In this document: piece by piece, positions 57,909-64,000 of the stretch | Numbering within the stretch: the stretch's first letter is position 1 | How the letters are laid out: each line of letters begins with the position of its first letter | Source: Vicingaceae bacterium | GTDB lineage: Bacteria; Bacteroidota; Bacteroidia; Flavobacteriales_E; Vicingaceae | Direction of reading: 5' to 3' | Length of the DNA: 64,000 nucleotides | Assembly: GCA_965218715.1 (NCBI GenBank) | Contig: CBDCLY010000006.1 | Coordinates: forward strand, 43,171 to 107,170 | The notes under the pieces: generated by a model | Databases searched by the model: none | What the model saw: the letters and a program-made list of their open reading frames with translations, nothing else | What the model was told of the DNA's origin: nothing | Translations under genes and position numbers: made by a program

Positions 57909-58751
57909 CTAAAGAGGATAAAGCCGATTCATTCGTTTTAAACGGAATTTATTGATGATAGGAATAAGGATTGGAATACTCATGTACACATAACCTGAAA
58001 AAGGGGCTTGAGCTCCACCAAAAATAATCACAATAGCCATTGAAATGCTTGCAATAAGCACCAAAGAAATGTAATTCAATATCAAGGTTTTAGTTTCAAA
58101 AATCTCCCTTTGATTAAGTTCTAAAGATTTTTTCTTTTTCAATGCATTGAAATGTAGAAAAATCATGATGCCGTAAATTAAAAATAGCCCCATTCCAAAT
58201 CGAACCATTAAGTCTGCCCATTCTGTAACATTTAAATCAGCCGCCCCTACCTTTTGCCAAGCCATGTAATAAGCCTCACTACTGTAGTTGAAATTTTTTA
58301 AAGTAATCAACAATAAAGCTGTACCAATATAGGAAAACAAGTATTTCAAAGGATAAATATAAAACAGCAAAACAAAGAGAAATAAGAAATTCAATGATTT
58401 AGTAAAAGGATCATCTAGGCCATAATATTTAAAAAAATTATTGTGATTATTCCAAATTCCAAATAACAATAGAATGCAGAAAATGAATCCTACAAAATCA
58501 TACATGGAGGCCTGTAATTCTACATAGGTCTTTGGAACTTCGGATGCAATCACCAATAAGGTAATGGCAAAGCCAAAAACAGCATCTGTTAAATTTTCTA
58601 AGCGACTAGCCTCCATTCCTCGATACCTAAACCCTGTTTTGGATACCGCACTTTTTCCTGAAAGGATTTCTTTAATCATGAAATTAAAAATATCCATTCT
58701 CATTGAATCAAAAAATTCTTCCTTCATTTTTATGCAAAAAAGCTGTGGCAT
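57909..58751 (-). CDS. TMEM175-like (DUF1211) potassium channel family membrane protein
   Basis: Signature RLENLTDAVFGFAITLLV at the start of TM1, with 6 TM. The true start may be the internal ATG at 58616 (MEASRLENL). Confidence 0.72.
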   Translation of the reverse strand: MPQLFCIKMKEEFFDSMRMDIFNFMIKEILSGKSAVSKTGFRYRGMEASRLENLTDAVFGFAITLLVIASEVPKTYVELQASMYDFVGFIFCILLLFGIWNNHNNFFKYYGLDDPFTKSLNFLFLFVLLFYIYPLKYLFSYIGTALLLITLKNFNYSSEAYYMAWQKVGAADLNVTEWADLMVRFGMGLFLIYGIMIFLHFNALKKKKSLELNQREIFETKTLILNYISLVLIASISMAIVIIFGGAQAPFSGYVYMSIPILIPIINKFRLKRMNRLYPL

Positions 58752-58791
58752 TTTCCATTAAAACTTAAATTGCTGTCTCAATTCTAATTCC

Positions 58792-60081
58792 ATGAAAAAG
58801 TCCCTAATTGCTCTCTTTGCTTTTCTACTTTTAGCACCAATATCTTTGCGATCTCAAAGCATTCAAAAAGCGCTTTTTGATATGGAAGGGCTTAGCTTTA
58901 AAGCCATTAAAACTCCGAAAGGATATGTTGCTGCCTATGAGTTAAGCATAAAACAAGCATTGGATCATAATGATCCTAGCAAAGGATATTTTAGACAAAA
59001 AGCCTATTTATCACATGCTGGTTTTGATCAAATCAATGTAATGGTAACCAATGGTTATAGTGCAAAAAGAAATGGAATAACCGAACCTGCTAAACTTGTT
59101 CATGGCAATCAAATTTCTGTTGAACATCGATATTTTGGGAAAAGTGTGCCTGATTCTATTGATTACCAATACCTAAATCTTGAACAGGCAACAGCAGATT
59201 ATCATCACATTCATGATTTGTTTGAAAAGATATATACCAACAAATGGATCAGTACAGGGATCAGCAAGGGTGGGCAAACTACCATATTTTACAAATACCT
59301 GTTTCCTGAAGATGTTGATGTTGCCATGCCCTATGTGGCACCCATAAATAAAAGCTTAGAAGATGATCGCATTTATACCTTTTTGGACACCGTTAACAAC
59401 GCATATTGCAGAAACAGAATAAAAGAAATTCAAATACGACTATTTAAAGAAAGGGAGAAAATCATCCCTTTAATGCGCTGGTATGGCTATGGAGCACAAT
59501 TGAATTTCAACTATTTGAGCATGGAAGAAGCACTAGAATATAGCATTTTAGAGTATCCTTTTTCCTTTTGGCAATGGGGAAATGATTGTGACTCTTTGCC
59601 AAAAGAAGGAGCAGCAATTGAAGAAATTTTGTACCATTTTGTTAGTGTATCTGGAATTGATTTTTTCTCTGATAAAGGAATGAATGATTATGCCTCACAT
59701 TATTACCAAGCTGGAAGTCAAATGGGCTATTATGGCTACGACATTTCTGATTTTAAAGAGTATTTGAAAGCATTACCAACTGACAAAAACCCTTCCGCTG
59801 TTTTCATGCCCAATAAGATGAAAGTCCCCTTCAATAATGAATTGATTCTAAACTGTTTAGATTGGCTTGAAAAGGAAGGAGACCAATTCATTTACATTAA
59901 TGGCAATTCAGACACTTGGTCTGCAACCGCTGTTCGCCCCAATAAAAGAAGAGATGCTTTGGCTTTTTTTATGAATGGAAAAGATCATGGAGCTGCTAGA
60001 ATTAGAAACATGGATGATAAGGATAAAGAACAATTGAATAAGGCATTGGAAAGATGGTTAAATATTGAAATTAAGGACTAA
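58792..60081 (+). CDS. Secreted alpha/beta-hydrolase-fold serine peptidase (S28/S37-like)
   Basis: Signal peptide. EHRYFGKS motif and nucleophile elbow GISKGGQ. Confidence 0.6.
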   Translation: MKKSLIALFAFLLLAPISLRSQSIQKALFDMEGLSFKAIKTPKGYVAAYELSIKQALDHNDPSKGYFRQKAYLSHAGFDQINVMVTNGYSAKRNGITEPAKLVHGNQISVEHRYFGKSVPDSIDYQYLNLEQATADYHHIHDLFEKIYTNKWISTGISKGGQTTIFYKYLFPEDVDVAMPYVAPINKSLEDDRIYTFLDTVNNAYCRNRIKEIQIRLFKEREKIIPLMRWYGYGAQLNFNYLSMEEALEYSILEYPFSFWQWGNDCDSLPKEGAAIEEILYHFVSVSGIDFFSDKGMNDYASHYYQAGSQMGYYGYDISDFKEYLKALPTDKNPSAVFMPNKMKVPFNNELILNCLDWLEKEGDQFIYINGNSDTWSATAVRPNKRRDALAFFMNGKDHGAARIRNMDDKDKEQLNKALERWLNIEIKD

Positions 60082-62106
60082 ATGGAATTTAAATTAGTTT
60101 CAGATTTTAAACCTACAGGTGATCAACCCCAAGCCATTCAGCAATTAGTTGAGGGCTTAAATGAAGGTGCTCCTGCTCAAACTTTACTTGGAGTTACTGG
60201 TTCTGGAAAAACTTTCACCATTGCCAATGTAATTCAAGAAACTGGCAAGCCTACCTTGGTCTTAAGTCATAATAAAACACTTGCTGCTCAATTGTATGGA
60301 GAATTTAAGCAGTTCTTTCCGAATAATGCGGTAGAATACTTTGTTTCCTATTACGACTATTATCAGCCAGAGGCCTACCTTCCTGGCAATGACACTTACA
60401 TTGAAAAAGATTTATCCATCAATGATGAAATAGAAAAATTAAGGTTAAGTGCTTCAAGCACACTTCTTTCGGGCAGAAGGGATGTCATTGTTGTTTCATC
60501 AGTTTCTTGCATATACGGAATCTCAAACCCAGCCGATTTCAAGCAAAATGTGACTCACATCCATCGCGGACAATACATCAGTAGAAATAAGCTGTTGCAT
60601 CAATTTGTGGCGGCATTGTACTCAAGAACAAGCGCAGATTTTGTAAGAGGAAAATTTCGAGTGAAAGGAGACACTGTAGACCTCTACCCTGCTTATGCCG
60701 ACATCGCTTACCGCATCAGTTTCTTTGGAGATGAAATAGAAGACATTCGGTCATTTGACCCAAAAGGTGGAGGAACAATTGAACGGTATGAGGACTTAAA
60801 TATTTATCCTGCCAATTTATTTGTCACAACACAAGAGCGAATGAATGAGGCCGTTTGGGAGATTCAACAGGACATGGTAAAACAAGTTGAGTTTTTCAAA
60901 TCTGAAGGAAAACCATTAGAAGCCAAACGACTGGAAGAGAGAACTTTGTATGATTTAGAAATGATGAAAGAGTTGGGTTATTGCTCTGGAATTGAGAATT
61001 ATTCTCGGTATTTTGACCAACGATTGCCAGGAACACGTCCATTCTGTTTGATGGATTATTTTGCAGATGATTATTTATTGGTAGTGGACGAAAGTCATGT
61101 AACCGTTTCTCAAGTTAATGCCATGTACGGAGGCGATAGGTCAAGAAAAGTAAACCTAGTTGATTATGGTTTCCGCTTACCTGCAGCTATGGATAATCGT
61201 CCTTTGAAATTCGAGGAATGGGAAGCATTAAGAAACCAAACTATTTATGTTTCTGCAACACCTGCAGATTATGAATTAAGAGAATCAGAGGGTGTTGTTG
61301 TGGAGCAAGTCATCCGACCAACAGGTCTTCTTGACCCAATAATAGAAATCAAACCAACAACTAATCAAGTGGATGATTTGATGGAACAAATCGTGATCCG
61401 CCAAGAAAAAGATGAAAGAATATTGGTAACTACTTTAACCAAAAGAATGGCAGAGGAGTTGACCAAGTATTTTTTAAAACATCAAATTAAAACAAGGTAC
61501 ATTCACTCAGATGTTGAAACATTAGAAAGGGTTGAAATTTTAAGGGATTTGAGAATGGGCGTATTTGATGTTTTGGTGGGAGTAAATCTATTGAGAGAAG
61601 GCTTAGACTTGCCAGAGGTTAGCTTGGTGGCCGTAATGGACGCAGATAAAGAGGGTTTCTTGCGTTCGAATAGGAGTTTAACTCAAACGGCAGGAAGAGC
61701 AGCAAGAAACATCAATGGTCGTGTGATTTTTTATGCTGATAAAATAACTGGGTCGATGCAAAGAACTATGGATGAAACGGATCGCAGAAGGGAAAAACAA
61801 ATGGCATACAATGAAAAATTTGGCATTACTCCAAGAGGATTGGTGAAGAAGAAAACCTCTATTCTTGGTCAGACTAAGGTTGCCGATGGCAGTAAAGAAG
61901 TTGATTATGAAGAGATGGCGAGTCCTAAACCATCTCTAGCTGCAGACCCTGTAATGCAATACATGAGTGCATCGCAATTGGAAAAATCCATGAAGAAAGT
62001 ACAAAGAGACATGGAAAAGGCGGCAAAAGAATTGGACTTTATTGAGGCTGCCCGTTTAAGAGATGAATTGTTTGCTTTAAAGGAAATGGTAAAAGGGAAA
62101 GTCTAA
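60082..62106 (+). CDS. uvrB: Excinuclease ABC subunit B
   Basis: GVTGSGKT, DESH, YVSATP, helicase motifs and a C-terminal UVR domain (AARLRDEL). Confidence 0.97.
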   Translation: MEFKLVSDFKPTGDQPQAIQQLVEGLNEGAPAQTLLGVTGSGKTFTIANVIQETGKPTLVLSHNKTLAAQLYGEFKQFFPNNAVEYFVSYYDYYQPEAYLPGNDTYIEKDLSINDEIEKLRLSASSTLLSGRRDVIVVSSVSCIYGISNPADFKQNVTHIHRGQYISRNKLLHQFVAALYSRTSADFVRGKFRVKGDTVDLYPAYADIAYRISFFGDEIEDIRSFDPKGGGTIERYEDLNIYPANLFVTTQERMNEAVWEIQQDMVKQVEFFKSEGKPLEAKRLEERTLYDLEMMKELGYCSGIENYSRYFDQRLPGTRPFCLMDYFADDYLLVVDESHVTVSQVNAMYGGDRSRKVNLVDYGFRLPAAMDNRPLKFEEWEALRNQTIYVSATPADYELRESEGVVVEQVIRPTGLLDPIIEIKPTTNQVDDLMEQIVIRQEKDERILVTTLTKRMAEELTKYFLKHQIKTRYIHSDVETLERVEILRDLRMGVFDVLVGVNLLREGLDLPEVSLVAVMDADKEGFLRSNRSLTQTAGRAARNINGRVIFYADKITGSMQRTMDETDRRREKQMAYNEKFGITPRGLVKKKTSILGQTKVADGSKEVDYEEMASPKPSLAADPVMQYMSASQLEKSMKKVQRDMEKAAKELDFIEAARLRDELFALKEMVKGKV

Positions 62107-62238
62107 TTCTCAAATTTAGAATAATAAATTTGCATTTCTTCCTTAGCCCTAAAATGCTATGGAATAACAGTTTCAAGTATGACAATTTGCCAAGTTCCTT
62201 TTTTTATTCTAGCTTAGTAGAAATCAAAAAACCAAGCC

Positions 62239-63288
62239 ATGAAACCTAGATTCAACATCTGCTGTCTCACTCTATGCCTAATTCTTAGTAGTTGTTTCCT
62301 TAAAAAACAAGATAGTAAGATTGAAACAAAAAAATTAACAGAAGAAAGCAAAGAGAATCTAAACCAAAAGTCAAATCAATCAAACAAAGAGGCTGGATAC
62401 AAAAGTGTTGGTTGGACCAATTACTGCGGTGATAAAGCAACTGATGATTGTGACGATTTTGTAGTTAAAATTGAAAATACAGGAACTAATTATGATTGGG
62501 TAGTCATTCAATCGATGAAGCACGGATACATTGAAAAAGCTTTTCAGGGGGTTTTAGAAAACAATGAAATTGGATCTACTTTATTAGAACAATCCATTGG
62601 CTATGGTCCAGATGCTAAAATTGAATTGTACAACAACCGTGACGGAATTATTCTAACATTAAATGCACAGCAGAACTTCTGTAGTTCAATGGCCGGGAAT
62701 ATAACCTTTACAACATCCTCTAATTCTGAAACTGTGACTTTGGAATGCACCAGTTATGAAGGTGCTTATTGGGACAACCACAGTGGTTGTGTTTCCTGTT
62801 TCATTAATACTCCTGGCTATTCTCCAGATACTATGGAAACAAAGTTTGAAGGAGAGTCGACAGAATGCAGTTGGCAAAACAATACCTACCCTAATATTTG
62901 TCCGCCTTATGTAATTTACTATAATCGTGATCAAAGAGAGCTTCTAGAATTAACTGTAAGTGGAAATTTGATTTATAACAGCTTAGGGGAACTTTTTAAT
63001 ACCCGAAACGACCCATTAGACCCAAACAGGCCAGCCATTTTTGTAATGGGATTTGATGGAAGAATTTATGCCAGCAATAATTATAAAAATGGCCTACTTC
63101 ACCACTCTTCTATTTTTGCTGGTGATATTAATGCTGCTTCTGGAGAGATGATTGTTCATAGTGGAAAAATTATGCAAATGAACAATTGTAGTGGTCATTA
63201 TCTGCCAAGTGAAACAATCACAAAACAAGCTATCCTTTCATTAAAGGCCCAAGGATATACCGACCCTATTACATTTACCCCCTGCTAA
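62239..63288 (+). CDS. Cys-rich lipoprotein of unknown function with a conserved-looking C-terminal domain
   Basis: Lipobox LILSSC, a K/N/Q-rich linker and at least 14 Cys. C-terminal block IFVMGFDGRIYA...LLHHSSIFAGDINAASGEMIV...NNCSGHYLP. Confidence 0.6.
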   Translation: MKPRFNICCLTLCLILSSCFLKKQDSKIETKKLTEESKENLNQKSNQSNKEAGYKSVGWTNYCGDKATDDCDDFVVKIENTGTNYDWVVIQSMKHGYIEKAFQGVLENNEIGSTLLEQSIGYGPDAKIELYNNRDGIILTLNAQQNFCSSMAGNITFTTSSNSETVTLECTSYEGAYWDNHSGCVSCFINTPGYSPDTMETKFEGESTECSWQNNTYPNICPPYVIYYNRDQRELLELTVSGNLIYNSLGELFNTRNDPLDPNRPAIFVMGFDGRIYASNNYKNGLLHHSSIFAGDINAASGEMIVHSGKIMQMNNCSGHYLPSETITKQAILSLKAQGYTDPITFTPC

Positions 63289-63319
63289 TCAAAAATCTTG
63301 TTCAACTTTACTCAAAAAA

Positions 63320-63775
63320 ATGACTCCTCAGCAAAATTTAAATCGATTGGGTCTAAAACTGCCTTTGGTAAGCAAACCTGGTGGAAATTATGTTTCCCTA
63401 AACATTCGAGAAAACATAGCCTATGTGGCATTACAGTTTCCCATCTTAAATGAGGAATTCCTTCATTTAGGTCGTTTAGGAGAAGAAATTTCAACTGAAG
63501 ACGGCTACAAAGCAATGCAGGTTTGTGCATTAAACGTTTTAGCTCATGTGGAGCAAAAAATTGGTTTTGAAAACTTACTTGGCTTAAATCATATTGATGC
63601 CTACTACCAAGCAGGAAAAAACTGGGATAAGTCACCTAAAGTAGTCAATGGAGCATCAGATTTATTTGTTGAGGTATTGGAAGAAAAGGGGTAACATTCA
63701 CGCTCAATTGTTGGTGTTGAGCAATTGCCAAGAAATTTTTCTGTGGGTCTAACTTCTTCCTTTACCATAAAGTAA
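63320..63775 (+). pseudogene. RidA/YjgF family protein interrupted by an in-frame TAA at 63692-63694
   Basis: The ORF track ends ...NGASDLFVEVLEEKG*. The same frame continues HSRSIVGVEQLPRNFSVGLTSSFTIK* (stop 63773-63775). This matches the conserved family C-terminus G(K)HxRSAVGVxxLPxxxxVE. Confidence 0.7.
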
Positions 63776-63879
63776 AAATCCAAATGAATTTTCTGGAAGC
63801 TTTTTGTGCTGTCTTCCTGTAAAGAAATATAAATATTTAATTCACTTTAAAATCCAAGTGATACTAGTTTTTTCTTAAA

Positions 63880-63976
63880 TTGATATTCGAAACCAAACCA
63901 ATTTCTCTTAAGAATTTCTAATCACTTTCTTTTTTGTGCATTGATTTGTTTTCAATATTTGAGACCAAACCAATTT
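63880..63976. repeat. Two copies of a ~25-nt imperfect direct repeat in the terminal intergenic region
   Basis: ttgatattcgaaaccaaaccaattt (63880-63904) versus tcaatatttgagaccaaaccaattt (63952-63976). 21 of 25 positions match at a 72-nt period. Confidence 0.4.
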
Positions 63977-64000
63977 TTGACAACAGCCATCGACTTTTTC

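Noticed and set aside
62125-62132. TAAATTTG -7-like box upstream of the Cys-rich lipoprotein gene
   Set aside because: It matches TAnnTTTG but lies 107 nt upstream of the ATG. Similar octamers are frequent in AT-rich DNA, so it is not reported as a feature.
4956-63775. Stop-codon reassignment or programmed read-through as the explanation for in-frame TAG (5061) and TAA (63692)
   Set aside because: TAA, TAG and TGA each terminate many conserved genes in this window at the expected family C-termini: TAA for ung, galE and mpl; TAG for rlmH and the DUF4199-like gene; TGA for the CPBP protease and the DUF4834-like gene. The standard code 11 therefore applies, and mutation or sequencing error is simpler.
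1-64000. tRNA, rRNA, CRISPR arrays, transposases, integrases and prophage genes
   Set aside because: All intergenic gaps over 90 nt were read on both strands: 4805-4955, 5919-6134, 7332-7403, 12861-12978, 26172-26325, 36966-37090, 40526-40658, 42305-42402, 51194-51286, 52599-52700, 57833-57908, 62107-62238 and 63776-64000. None shows a GC-rich cloverleaf-like segment, a TPsiC-arm motif (GGTTCGAATCC-like) or regularly spaced repeats. No ORF shows DDE or tyrosine-recombinase motifs.

Overview
AT-rich chromosomal segment that reads as Bacteroidota, probably Flavobacteriales-like. Support: five ORFs end in type-A T9SS C-terminal sorting domains, several small proteins look like Bacteroidota-restricted DUF families, Rho carries a long low-complexity N-terminal insert, and TAnnTTTG-type -7 boxes are present. 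There are about 57 densely packed protein-coding genes with many 1-4 nt overlaps. I found no rRNA, tRNA, CRISPR array, transposase, integrase or phage gene. Layout: 0-17.7 kb is mixed housekeeping (Na+/solute symporter, GNATs, CPBP protease, mpl, rho, galE, rlmH, nadC) plus a decaying tandem family of T9SS cargo genes at 4.9-7.3 kb. 17.7-34.1 kb is one uninterrupted minus-strand glycan locus: Wzx-like flippase, GmhA-like isomerase, a domain-swapped HldE-like enzyme, two SDR enzymes, a methyltransferase, a DegT aminotransferase, two sulfotransferases, two glycosyltransferases, a T9SS-secreted Kelch propeller, YfhO and a DUF4834-like protein. 34-42 kb holds carB, a 1144-aa BNR/sortilin-like T9SS protein, and OsmC/YtxJ redox genes. 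42-64 kb holds ung, an Omp85-like protein, rmuC, a GWxTD protein, rlmB, a GT39-like plus PlsC-like membrane pair, DUF547 plus rhodanese, two convergent S46 dipeptidyl-peptidase paralogues flanking an AMP nucleosidase, a TMEM175-like channel, uvrB, a Cys-rich lipoprotein and a RidA gene. The best candidate for something undescribed is the heptose, amino-sugar, methyl and sulfate glycan locus. Also notable are four gene-decay events: an in-frame TAG inside a T9SS sorting domain, an orphan sorting domain, a frameshifted GNAT and a nonsense-interrupted RidA. Two conserved-looking small ORFs fall below the ORF-track cutoff. All family assignments come from motif recognition by eye; no database search was run.
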